The position numbers and the translations under genes are program-made. Shown here piece by piece: positions 38,476 through 50,969 of a stretch of DNA of 64,000 nucleotides; position 1 is the first letter of the stretch, and each line of letters starts with the position of its first letter. Source of the DNA: Podarcis bocagei (lineage: Eukaryota); the NCBI GenBank assembly GCA_964188305.1, contig OZ076890.1; one strand, 5' to 3'. The notes under the pieces were generated by a model. The model had not been told where the DNA came from, did no database searches, and saw only the letters and a program-made list of their open reading frames with translations.

Positions 38476-39611
38476 CAGTGGTACCCCGCAAGACGAATGC
38501 CTCGCAAGACGGAAAACCCGCAAGACGAAAGGGTTTTCTGTTTTGGAGGCGCTTCGCAAGACGAATTTCCCTATGGGCTTGCATCGCAAGACGAAAGCCC
38601 ATAGGGAAATGCTGGCGGTCGGGAGCAAAGACTTTCGCCCACAGCCGGCCTTCAGAAGAGGACCTCTCCCCGGGACAGCAGAGAAGTCGGGAGCATTTTA
38701 AAATCTCCCCGTGTCCCGGGGAGATTTTAAAATGCTGGGGGGCTGCCGACCCCCAGCATTTTAAAATCTCCCCGGGACAGCAGAGACTTCTCTGTCCCGG
38801 GGAGATTTTAAAATGCTGGGGGTCGGGAGCGAAGCGCTGCCGACCCCCAGCATTTTAAAATCTCCCCCTGTCCCGGGGAGATTTTAAAATGCTGGGGGTC
38901 GGCAGCGAACGCTTCGCTGCCGACCCCCAGCATTTTAAAACGCTGTTCCGAAGCGGGGGGCGGGAACAGCTGCCCCAGCCGCCCCGCTTCGGAACGCTGT
39001 TCCGAAGCGGGGAGGGGGGGCGGGAACAGCTGCCCCAGCCGCCCCACTTCGGAACGCTGTTCCGAAGCGGGGAGGGGGGCGGGAACATCTGCCCCAGCCG
39101 CCCCACTTCGGAACGCTGTTCCGAAGCGGGGAGGGGGGGCGGGAACAGCTGCCCCAGCCGCCCCACTTCGGAACGCTGTTCCGAAGCGGGGCTGGGGGCG
39201 GGAACACCTTCTGAAGGCGGGCAGGGGGCGAAAGTCTTTGTCCCCCCTGCCTGCCTTCCCAGGGGCTTTTAAATCGCCCCGGACAGCGGAGAAGTCCTCC
39301 GCTGTCCGGGGCGATTTTAAAATGCCGCCCGCCAGCATTTTAAGATCGCCTGGACAGCGGAGAAGTCCTCCGCTGTCCCGGGGTTTTTTAAAATGCTGGG
39401 GGTGGGAAGAAAAGCACTTGTCCCCCCCCCAGCCTTCAGAAGAGGTCCGGGGACAGACTGTCCCCGGACCTGGTCTGAAGGCGGTTTCCCTAGGAACGCA
39501 TTAATTGATTTTCAATGCATTCCTATGGGAAACCGTGCATCGTAAGACGAAAAAACCGCAAGACGAAGAGACTTGCGGAACGAATTAATTTCGTCTTGCG
39601 AGGCACCACTG
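38476..39611. mobile_element. 1.14-kb Tigger/pogo-type non-autonomous element with repetitive interior
   Basis: TIRs cagtggtaccccgcaagacgaa / ttcgtcttgcgaggcaccactg, TA TSD and subterminal gcaagacg repeats. Confidence 0.92.
38941..39207. repeat. 54-60-bp GC-rich minisatellite (about 4.5 copies) inside the Tigger-type element
   Basis: Unit cgctgttccgaagcggggagggggggcgggaacagctgccccagccgccccacttcggaa. Confidence 0.95.
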
Positions 39612-39794
39612 TATAGGTTTCACTCTCTCCCAGAATATGAGTTCCATGATCTCCAAACTAGGCAAGCTAATTCACCTCTGCAATCACATGCCTTCATACA
39701 TGCACAAACAATAGAATGACTTAGCTTGGTCTACGACACATAGTGACATAGTGCATTGTCTGTCACAGAGTGGTAGTATGCAGAAGTAATTTGA

Positions 39795-40158
39795 TGCCAT
39801 AGTCCCGTGCTGCCCAGCCACGGCAGAGCTCAGTGGCAGGAAAGGCCAGCCAACCAGCCACGGCTCAGGGGGGTCCTTGCCTGGAGGCAGAGTCCATATG
39901 CAAGGTTCAGTCGAGTCCTAAGGTCAGGAGTATCTTGGTTCACGTAGTCAGATGGTCCAGGGGTCAAGAAAGCCGAGAGCCCAAGGTCAAGAAAAGCAAG
40001 AAGCAGCAAGGTCTGGCCAGGAACAACAACAAATGTTGTTTCTAGCCACTGACTGAGGCTGGAAGCAAGAAGGCTGATCAGCAACAGGTGGAATCACTCT
40101 GCCTTCTGTTCCTTCAGGTTGCTGCTCAGCAGGTAAAGCCAATTCCTGGCCCATGACA
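39795..40158 (-). mobile_element. Degenerate solo LTR (Gypsy-like)
   Basis: tgccat...atgaca ends and repeated ggtca motifs; TSD not clean. Confidence 0.5.
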
Positions 40159-40246
40159 CTTGGATGAATAGGACATTCTCAAAATGCTTTGGTTTTCCTT
40201 AAAACACCCACATTTGGGGGTTTAGCACTGGTTACTACTAGCAGGA

Positions 40247-40598
40247 GGGACGCGGGTGGTGCTGTGGGTTAAACCACAGAGCCTAGGACTTGCAGATCAG
40301 AAGGTTGGCAGTTCGAATCCCCGCAACGGGGTGAGCTCCTGTTGCTCGGTCCTGCTCCTGCCAACCTAGCAGTTTGAAAGCACATCAAAGTGCAAGTAGA
40401 TAAATAGGTACCACTCCGGCGGGAAGGTAAATGGCGTTTCCGTGCGCTGCTCTGGTTCACCAGAAGCGGCTTAGTCATGCTGGCCACATGGCCCGGAAGC
40501 TGTACGCCGGCTGCCTCGGCCAATAAAGCGAGATGAGCGCTGCAACCCCAGAGTCGGCCACAACTGGACCTAATGGCCCTTTACCCTTTATCTTTATC
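40247..40598 (+). mobile_element. Sauria SINE (full length)
   Basis: gggacgcgggtgg head, cctttac tail and TSD actagcagga. Confidence 0.95.
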
Positions 40599-41199
40599 AC
40601 TAGCAGGAGAACAGCCAGGGGAAGCCTGCTAGGTGAAGCTGGGGCTCTGTAAGTAGTCTTACAAACAATACTTCACAGGATTGATTTAGGTGACAGCATG
40701 AAAAAGGACAGATGTAGACAGGAACTGATGTCTCAATAGTATTTGCCCTGTAGGGAAAGCACCACTTAGACTCCACTTCAAGCAGTGAAATGTCACTGGC
40801 TAACAGTGATACTTCTATTGCATTGACCTTGTTGGAGTGAGGCACTTGAAGCACAGCACAGCTTAAGTTAATGACTTTTAAGTCCCACCAGTTTTAGCGA
40901 GAAAGAATTAAGGAGTATGCTTAAGGAGTCAGTGGGATTAAACACTCTTCCCTTCAGCTGGACTGTGCCCTACCTCTGCCTCAGGTTCGATCATCCTTTC
41001 ACAATCAACCACTTATTAAAACAGTCCAGGAATTTCCCAGCAGAAAGTCTCAAAGCTACCACTGATACCCATTTAAATTCCACAGAGCCTCCCATGTCTA
41101 CTGATAGCCAACAAGAGCTCATATATGAATTTGTAACTTACTGTAAGTCCTCTGGGTAGTGTATAATACAAAAGTCTTTTTTAAAAAATCAAGCAAAGG

Positions 41200-41395
41200 C
41201 AAACACATAGAGGCGCAGAGAAAGGCACAATAAAAAATAGAAGAGATAAAGGCACCACCAATAAGCCATAGATAAAATATCAAAAATAGCTTAAGCATTT
41301 TAAATGCCTGGGAAAACAAAAAGGTCCTCACACGGGCAGAAGGCACGCTTCTTTGGAAAGGGCATTTCATAACGAGGGCACCAGTGCCAAATAAA
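41200..41395 (-). mobile_element. L2 LINE 3' remnant
   Basis: RVRTFLFSQAF on the minus strand, followed by a T-rich 3' UTR. Confidence 0.55.
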
Positions 41396-42573
41396 CCCCC
41401 ATAGCAACTGTGCTAATAATTTGACTTAACTGGTCAGTTAAAAATAAGCTTTTCTGGTATGGTTGGATACTAAAATGAAACTTATTTTTTTTAAGAAATG
41501 GGATTCATTTTTTCCATAGTGAATAGTCTTTATAGGTCAAGAGGATAAGATTCAGAGCAACCATTGCTTCTTGCCATCTGTGGGACATTCATAATCTGGA
41601 TGTTGTTTTATAAACAACTTATTATGTGCCTCTAAATGTCACAATATGGAAAAAATGTAGAAAGTAGCATTATTTGTAATGAGAGTCACATTTATCAATA
41701 CAAATTGTGGTCATAGCGATTTAATTAGTCACAGTGCAAAATTACAAATCCTGCCAATGGGAGTTTGCTAATTATATTAAATACTAGAGAAAGGTCCAAG
41801 AAAATGCCTAAGCAGGAGGGAGGAGAGGGAGGACTTTTCCACTTACCTATGTTCTTCTACACCCCCTCACTGGAAATATTTCCTTTACTCTCTTTCTCCT
41901 CCCCCCTCTGTTGCCATTTCATTCTGGCTTCCTCCTCTCAATGCCTGGCTTGTTCTTTCACCATTCTCTCCAATATCCCCCAGGCCAATTTATGACTGGC
42001 CTACAGGGCCAACGGCAAGGGTTGGCATGGTGGGACAGCTGTCAAGGGTCCACACCTCAGCACTGAAGCCCCTGGACCTGTTCCTCCACTGCATGCTTCT
42101 TCACCTGCCTCTTGCTATGCTTCAAATAGCAAGAGTCGTTAGAAGGAGGGACAGGAGATGCCGCTGCTCACGGATGCTCACAGGTTCCCTGCCTGGCAGG
42201 TGACAGCAGTGATGAAGAAGAAGAGGCGGAACAAGATCAGCCAGTGATAATGGTGGTCAGGAGGTAGATTCATGGAGGGAGGGGAGCCTGGAGGTTTTCT
42301 TGCCAAAAGGCCCTATGTAAACTGAACTGGGACAGCTGAAAATATAGCCATTGCGCCATTCCTCCTGTACCCACCCACTCCAAAGTCAAGATACACAGCA
42401 CCCAAGACCAGACCAGCATCCGAGACAGAAAATCCCAGAAGTTCCTGTCACTCTGGCAGTAAAAGTGTCTACATTTACTACTGCTGCTTAAGATTTTAGT
42501 GTTGCTTCATGATGCCCAAAATCAGCTTCCTAAGGCAGGCCCCTCACTCTGCCTTGCCAGGCCTTCTCCTCCC

Positions 42574-43018
42574 TGTTAAGATTCCTGCTCCGTGTTTGCA
42601 GTCATGAGATTGTTGTCTATCACATGACGGTGTATGTTTTCATTCCACAGTGTGGGAAGTGACAGAGACAGGGCGTTTTTTATTACTGTGTTCCGTGAAG
42701 TGGGACTATTGTCCTTTATTTTTTCTTTCTTTGCTGTCTGATGAGAAAGAGGAAGGAGATAAGTCGGAATGCTCCGAGTGTACTATATGTAAATAAAAGT
42801 AGATTAGCCAAAATGCTGTGCTACTGAGTTCTGTTACACAAACTGCGAATACTCTGCAGATCCCTAAGCGTGCTAATGCCTTTTGGTAGCAGTCGCTGTG
42901 ATGTTCGGGTTGAAGAAAGTTTTAGAAGCTCCTGAACGACAGACCAGGAGGGAGAGAACCTGCCAGTTGGGCATGTGTCTCTGCCCAGGTCCTACATGAG
43001 AGTAGGACGATCCTAACA
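42574..43018 (+). mobile_element. Solo LTR (445 bp)
   Basis: TGTTA...TAACA inverted ends, 5-bp TSD ctccc and internal aataaa near 42792. Confidence 0.9.
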
Positions 43019-46000
43019 CTCCCTTTCCCCAATACTACTCTGCTTTCATCCCCCTGTCTTTCTCTCCCCTCCCCTGCCCAAGGGCTGTACTTTCTGTTTT
43101 CCAACAAGAATGACAGCATCCACTTGTGTAGGGGGGGGGGGACTTAAGCAGGATGGGGCAGCATTCAGGAGTGACTGGGGTGGGCATAAAGCCACCTCCT
43201 GCCTACACAGCCCCATCCTGAGTTGTGTTTTGCTGCCCCTTGAAAATGTGACAGAATGTTCAGAAGTGGCTTTTGTATGCAGGAGATACACGGAGGTCTT
43301 CTGCGGTCTCATGTCAGGGATGGGGCTTGATGGAGCATTCCTTCAAATAATTATTCACTTGGAAAACAGGCTGCACTTATGCTTTGCTTAGTGTCACTCA
43401 CACAAGCTGAGATTAAAGTTCATGTGGGGATAAGAAGGTAGGAACCTTCCAATTGATCTTTAAGGGATTCTTTTTTTAAAGAGCCAGTGAAAATCCCTTT
43501 AGTATTCCATTCTGTTAGCTTTCTTTAGCACAGCGTATGACCTTGGCAATCTAGGAGGCCACGGCCCTTGTGTAAAAGTAGCAAGCTTTTATCTAATGGG
43601 ACGTGGCCCTCCCTGTACGTTATGATTAACCTCAGGTTTCAAACACTTGACTTACAAAATTGTTCACTTAAAGAGAGTTGTGGCGGTTTTTGTTGGGTAT
43701 TCTTTTTTTAAAGCATTTGAAACTTTTGAAGCAGACGAGCTTAACAGAGCAAGACCAGAGCTAGCCCACATAGTACTTCTTTTTTTAAAAATGAACTAAT
43801 TGCCAAACAAAACTGTTTGACTGCATAGGTTTCATAAGAAGAGCTTTAGTAAACCCTACAGCATTTTACTAGTTCCAAACCCTTTGAGATACACTAATAG
43901 CTAGTGTAGCATAGTGCTAAGGCTGCAATCCTAAACCCAGTGACCTGGCAGCAAGTCTCACTTGAACCCAGTGGGCCTTACTTCTGAGTAGACATGTATA
44001 GCACTGCACAGTTAGAGGATGAGCAGTGAGCCAGAAGCTGTTGGTTAAAATCTTGCTTCAGCCAAAAATTCACCAGGAGACCATAAGCGAGCCATATTCC
44101 ATTAGCTTCATCTCCCAACCTGCAGTAACAGAGGCTCACCTTCCAGGTGAGAATTGCAAGAATTACGGAGATAAGGTATGTGGCATGGTTGAATATCCAA
44201 ATATGCTGTACTTGATTGGCTATTATCTGCCTATCACATTGATAGCTTGTAGTTCATCCAAGGAACCCAGGACCTTGTGAAAAGGGTTATCCCAAATTGT
44301 TCCTCATCAGGCAGTTTCTCCCCTGCCCTGCTCCCATCTTGTGTCCATTGATACACTAAACATGTACTAAGTGAGCCAACCTTGCACCAATTCCCACCTG
44401 TTTGTTGCCTGAGGTTGCTTTGCAACTCAAAACTAGGTACGGTAATCCGATTCAAATAAGCATCTCTATGACATTCTGGTCAGCACTATAATAGTGTAAA
44501 AACAATTCCAATGAAGGTTTGAGGAAAGTCTGATACCTAACTCTCCTGTTTTATGACTATATTTTACCTGAAACACACTATGAAGGGAAAGAGTTAAAAA
44601 GTATTATTTCAATCGTAATGAAACAAATAAGAAAACTGTTGTTTATAACCCCATTTACCTGGAAGTAAGCCCATACTGAATTCAATTGGACTTTCTGCGA
44701 AGACATGCTTAAAATTCTGCTGTAAATTGCTTAACTATCAAATAATTTGCCAAGATGGATGAATATTTATGTGTGTGTATACGCACCCACAAAACCCCAT
44801 AATGCTGAAGTGGGGGAAGAGTCTAAACAAGATGTTTAGAACATTAAAGTTATTGGGATTGATACTTGGGGGGGGGGCATCTTGAAGATCGGTAGAAACA
44901 GCTGATGTGTCAACCGTGGATTTTATGAAGTGCATATGTTCATTTGAGTGTTTCTGATTTTGTTGATCTTATCATAAGAATAAGAATGAGAATAAGAATG
45001 GTGGAGGTATTGACTTTATCTTCTCATATTTCCCTGGCAATATCTTCACTCTATATTTTCTTCACTCTTCACTCTTTAATATCTTCACTCTTTATTTGCT
45101 ACATTCTTTAGGCTAAAATCTCCCATTTTGTTTGTTGCATCTTCAGTCTCCTCACTCCTCACTGCAAGACTTGGTTGCACAAGATTACTTATATAATAAG
45201 AGTCTAATAAACAGATGAACATATGGGGAACAAGGGGCAGCAAGAATGCAGAAAGAGCAATCGCACAAGTACAAATTCCTATGCACAGCCCTTAATTAAG
45301 CATACATTTAACAATATTATAAGAGGCGCGGACACATTCCTGTGCAAAAGGGTGTGCTTTTTTAAAAGCAGAGTCTCAATAGAGGGCTGCTGGAGGGGGA
45401 ATAGCACATTAGAAAATTGCCTCCTGCACACAAGTACTAGTGCGTGTAATGGATATCTGTCACTGACACCTCGCTGGGTTACAATTAATTCTGAGTCATC
45501 AGTCATGCCTTCTCCTGAGAGCACAAAAAAGTAGCAGCAGCATCAGGATTGCCCTTTGAGGATAAGCTTTTGTAACATGCTAGGATTCTAGAAGGCAGCT
45601 ATACATCTACTAAAGCCACAGACACCACAGCTGTCAGCTTAGATAAATGGAGCCTGTGCTGAAAAGCAGAAAGTGGACATGGATTGTCAAAGATAATATG
45701 GCTAACTTAGTACATCATGTGCTACATATGACTTATCCCAGTGCTTAATTCAAATATTTTAAGTCCATTACTCCGAACTACCTCAAACTATTGACTCTAG
45801 TATTGAAATCAGCGATTTCAAAAGCATCATTTAAATTGGTTTGTTGGCTTCAAGGGGCACCTAAATAGAAGATGCATCTATTTAGATACAGTTAGTGCTA
45901 TTTCTCTAGACAGAGAGGTGCCAGAATTCACCATGAACACCTCCCTTGTTCTCTCATAATAGCAATGGTGCCCACCTGAGAGGAGCTGGAACTGAGTTCC

Positions 46001-46571
46001 GGTGTGTTCCGGTTGAAAAAAGTATTATTTTTAGATAAACTCCACAGATCATTCAAGCCATCCGTGGGGCTCTGCCTTATTGCTGCTCTCAAGGAGCATG
46101 GCTTTTTCTGCTGTGGGACCCAAGTTGCAGGATTCACTGCCAAGGAGACCGGGTTGAACAGAGACTGAAGAACAGTCTACAGCTCTATTTGGGAATGCTG
46201 CTTGTATGCAAATGCTATGTGTGAGCAAGGAAAGCAAAGATCCGTGTGCTAAGCTCCATTCCTTGTGTCGCAGCAACAACAAAGAATCCTCAGAAATGTA
46301 GGTTCCAGATCATACGGGGAGTCTCCAACTTGTGGGTGGGGGTGGGCTTAGCACCCCCATCACCTGCTCATGCCTGAATAGGGTTTATATAAAAGCCATC
46401 CCATTGTACCAAGAAACAGATGGGATGCATTTTGATCCTCAGTTGGATGATTGAGTTTATCCCAGGGATTGCTGGTGCAGAGAGCAAGATTATATCCTAT
46501 CCCAATGGTCTCCCCTTTACTTTTCATTTAGGGATTAATTGCAACTATTCTATTATTACTATTATTATTAC

Positions 46572-47290
46572 GTGACCAGGCAGCGACACCCCCAGCCCCC
46601 AAGGATCATAAGGAAGGAATAAAGACTCTGACAATGTTATAGGGAATTAAAATTAGGCCACAACTTTATTAAACTTCCAAATGTAGGAAGACCTTGGCTT
46701 AGGCCTTGGGCGTGTATCCCTCCCAGCCCCCCAGCTGGGGGTGCTCTGTGAGACGTAAGTGTAGCAGGCAGCCCATCCCATATCCCCTCACGCAGGGTGG
46801 TTCACTGACAACCCTTCAATGTATGGCCAGTGACATCCATACATATAACCCCTTTAAGAGGGGGACCCTGGAATCGCCACCACAGGGGGGTGAGTCACCA
46901 CTTCACGCGCCCCCCCCCCCATATAGGGAAGGAAAGACTAAAGGATTCCACCCAAGGCCATAAAATTTATTCCTGGTCCTTCAATAGCAATCAGTCAAAG
47001 ACCATAGCAGTGCCTGCTAAACAGGAAGAAAAAGTTAACCTGCAAACAAGAAACATTTAAAAAAGGGAAGGTGAATCTCCAGAGCTGACTGCCTGGCTAT
47101 TGTCAGCTCCACCCCCTATTTATAAATGGGGCTGGCCCCACCTCCCAGCAAGAAACTTGATTACTGAGGCTGGGTGTGAACCGCCAAAAATTAACACCGA
47201 GAGACAAGCCAGCCCATTTGCCAGTAAGCTCCCTGGGAACTGTAGCACCACACGCGATCCCACAAAGGGCACCCACAATGTAAAGTGTGA
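46572..47290 (-). mobile_element. LTR-like or Ngaro/DIRS-like non-coding repeat, copy 2
   Basis: Reverse complement matches 29250-29600 (gccttggg..gaatcctttagtct..G-run..gaag.ggtgac; aataaagttgtggcc). Confidence 0.55.
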
Positions 47291-47667
47291 GTGATGATGA
47301 TGATTTGGGGGGAGGGAATATAGTGCTGCAAACCAATGTCACTGCAGTAAGGGCAGAAACCACACTTCATCTCCTCCTTCACTAATAGGGATCTGCCTAT
47401 GTGTCTGAGCACACATGTGCATGCAATGGGAGGGAATCCACTGAAAGACACAGCCATGCAGCGGACCTCTCGCCAGCCCACACCTCTTACAATGACAGAC
47501 ATTTCGAATGAAGAACAGAGAGAAGGCAAACAAACAAATAAATGGAAAGGCATATGGGTAAATAGATAACAAACAGAAAGGCATCAGGTGTCAACGTGTT
47601 CTAATGCAAGGATGGGGAAACCTTTTTGGCTCAAGGACCACATTCCCTTCTGGAAAACCATCTAAGG

Positions 47668-47919
47668 CAGGGGTCAGCAAACTTTTTCAGCAGGGGGCCA
47701 GTCCACTGCCCCTCAGACCTTGTGGGGGGGGCAGACTATATTTTTTTTTGGGGGGGTGAATAAATTCCTATGTCCCACAAATAACCCAGAGATGCATTTT
47801 AAATAAAAGGACACATTCTACTCATGTAAAAACATGCTGATTCCCGGACCACCTGCAGGCCGGATTTAGAAGGTGATTGGGCCGGATCCGGCCCCTGGGC
47901 CTTAGTTTGCCTACTCATG
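47668..47919 (+). mobile_element. hAT MITE resembling the OposCharlie1 (OC1) group, nested in an older hAT remnant
   Basis: caggggtcagcaaactttt...gggggccagtccactgcccctcagacc; perfect TSD atctaagg. Confidence 0.85.
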
Positions 47920-50545
47920 ATCTAAGGGGCAAAACAGTCTGGTGGGTGGGATCAGAGGCACTGCAATATCTGCAAATGTTATCTTTGCACAGGAGGCCAG
48001 CTTCTGCAGACACCCACATCTCTACCTTACATCTAGCCATGCAAAGAGGCACTATCTGAATTCAAGGATACATTGCAGCAAGGCAAACCACCACCCTCAG
48101 GGTGTAAAGCAGGGTCGGTGAGGGGCATGGCATCAGAAGAGTGTGGTTTTTTTTGGGGGGGGGAGTTCCAAGAAGAGAGTCTTGTAGGGCCGCATTTGCC
48201 CTCTGGCCTCAAGGTTCTCAATGGCTGTCTTAAAATGTCCTATCAGGGCTTAAACAAAGAGCTCTTTAAATTTGCTGCCACAGAGGAAAGAAGACTCTCA
48301 CACAACATGCTAGAAACCTTCTGAGCTGGGAAATCAGGGAGCACCAGAGGGACAAACTGGAGCCACAGTGTCATAAAATGTTCCAGATCCTCTGCCTTCC
48401 AACATGTTGCTGACTGAGACCACCAGGTTGTTCCCTCCACAGCTATTCTCCAATTCTCTGGCCTCCCTTGGATCTGATTTCTGCTAGACTTTGACCTGCC
48501 AGCCATACTTGCTTGCTATTAATTTTGTGTCTGACACTACCAATATAAGTGAATTTTGATTGATTCAGAATTGATTGGTGTATGTAGTTTCTTTAATAAA
48601 GAAACAATACTCCCCCCCCCAACCCTCAAACACACACCCCTCCCACCTTTCAATATTATATTTTGTCTGCACTGGGCTGCAGGAATGCCAAAACATTTTA
48701 AAGCAAATTTGCGCCAACTTAACTACAATATGATGAAATCAAATATTTTTCATATCACAAAGATTTCTGATCTGAAACATGTCTTAGGCTGAACGATGGA
48801 AGCAAATAAAAATGGCAGTACTTTGGGATTTAAGGTGTTATCTCTCCATGGAATATATCATAGAACTTAATGTTTGTAGAAGTCATCTTATCTCAGACTT
48901 CACAGGCTGACAAAGTACACAGAAAATGAAGTCAGACTCCTGGTTTGATCCTTGACTTTGACAGATCACAGATATGAAAATCTTAGCAATTTTCCATGGG
49001 GCCTGTAGGCAGGTTGATAACTGATGATGAAAAGGAGCAGGTATCCATAATCAGCTTCAGAAGTAGCCCAACAGGAGAACTCCTTTTTCTGCACAAGAAG
49101 CATAAACAGACACTGCCTGCCTCAACTACATAATCAAGATTTAGACAACGATGTCTAACTTTGCTATTGGAGAGAGAGAGAAGTGCACAACTGCACATTT
49201 ACCAGCTTCCATTTTAAAGGCCGCTAGAATGTTTAAATACTTTAGAATACTTTGAAGCATGAACAGCATGAGAGACAAAGTTACTCTGCATGATGTGGCT
49301 TTACTTGATTACAACAAGGTTGCTGTCTCTGTGTGAGTGAAGTGATTGTATGGCAATAAAACTAGCATCCTCTTGGTATCAGTAATTTGAGGACTCTGCG
49401 CTGAACACTGTTCACTGAGGCCATCACATTACTTCTTCTCTAAGACTGGCTTCATACACCACAATTGCATGTGCATAGGTACAAGAGCATTACACCACTG
49501 CTTCCTGCAGCAAAGATATCAAGTATGAATGACAGGTGCCGGGTCCTTCTTTACTCCTCCGGTTTCAGTAAGCCAGAGCCAATCAGGGCTCTCAATCACA
49601 CTGGTGCTTAAGGACACAAAGGTACTATTCCTTTTTTAACTTAGTTACTGAAAGAAATGCATAAGAAAACATTATTTTAACTGTACACGTTGCTTGTTGT
49701 CCTATTTAATATCTGAAATAATTAAAATGTTGCAACAAGAAAACTACCTATCATTGCTTTGATCTTACTTCTTTTGTTCTACTGACATTGAACAGTTGGA
49801 CAGCCCATGATTTGCCTGGTTGAAAAACATGGTAAGCCTACAATATATAATACAAACCACTTAAATCGGATATATAGAATAAAAAGCAGGGAAATGGAGG
49901 AGAAATTTACATTGGAAATTTCAGTTGGGGAGGTCTTCAAAAATGATCCCAGTGCATTCTTCGGTCCAATAAATCCTCATTCTTTTAAAACAGCCTTTTG
50001 TGGCTCCAAACCTTCAGTTACAATTAATTCGATCCAAATTAATTGCTTTGACAACGCAGTAATTTGTGTCAAAAGCTCCCCATTGCATTATCTGCACTGG
50101 ATAACTACTGGCTTATGTATCACTCCCTGGTGACACAGCAGCAGCTTGGTCCTAGGATGGTTTGAACAGATTTAATTATATCTAGATCAATTTTTATAGG
50201 AAGTCACTTCTTGACATGATGCATATCACTTTCTTTCTCTCACACAAACACACAGTAAGTTCACTCATTCCTTCTCTGCCTGACATTTTGCTGCTGAGAG
50301 AGAAGTAGAGAGGGGTCCCTTGGTTTGCTTCATAGTGCAGTGTGGGTTTACATTGTCTGGCTTTTGAAGATCACTTACTTTCACCATCAAGAACCCCATT
50401 CAGTTTCTGCCATGTTCACAGCCACAGCCAGGCTGCAAGCTTACATGGACTTATAAAAGAGTTAGGGCTGTTTTGTTTACCTTTGGAGGTACAGTTTTTC
50501 CCCTCCAACTTTGTTCCTTCTGAGCTCACCTGGGGATGTCATCAG

Positions 50546-50727
50546 NNNNNNNNNNNNNNNNNNNNNNNNNNNNNNNNNNNNNNNNNNNNNNNNNNNNNNN
50601 NNNNNNNNNNNNNNNNNNNNNNNNNNNNNNNNNNNNNNNNNNNNNNNNNNNNNNNNNNNNNNNNNNNNNNNNNNNNNNNNNNNNNNNNNNNNNNNNNNNN
50701 NNNNNNNNNNNNNNNNNNNNNNNNNNN
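50546..50727. other. Assembly gap (182 N)
   Basis: Run of N. Confidence 1.
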
Positions 50728-50882
50728 CCAACTATTTCTAAACCAAAACAGAAAAAAGAAATGATGGGGGGGGGACTTTCTCTGTTAACAATTAAGTGCA
50801 GTAAAAATCTTCCAAACTGTACATGATCTATTTCCAGTTTACCCTACTGTTCTGCCCAGTAGGGACCTCAACATTGGTCCAC

Positions 50883-50969
50883 AATACCGATCCAAAGAGA
50901 CTGTTTATCTGTAGAGAATACCGATCTGTAGAGAATACCGATCCAAAGAGACTGTTTATCTGTAGAGAA
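50883..50969. repeat. Complex local triplication A-deltaA-A
   Basis: 34-bp aataccgatccaaagagactgtttatctgtagag, then a 17-bp internally deleted copy, then an exact 34-bp copy. Confidence 0.95.

Noticed and set aside
38941-39207. Palindromic regularly spaced repeats resembling a CRISPR array
   Set aside because: No unique spacers, eukaryotic context, and it lies inside TIRs with a TA TSD; it is a minisatellite.
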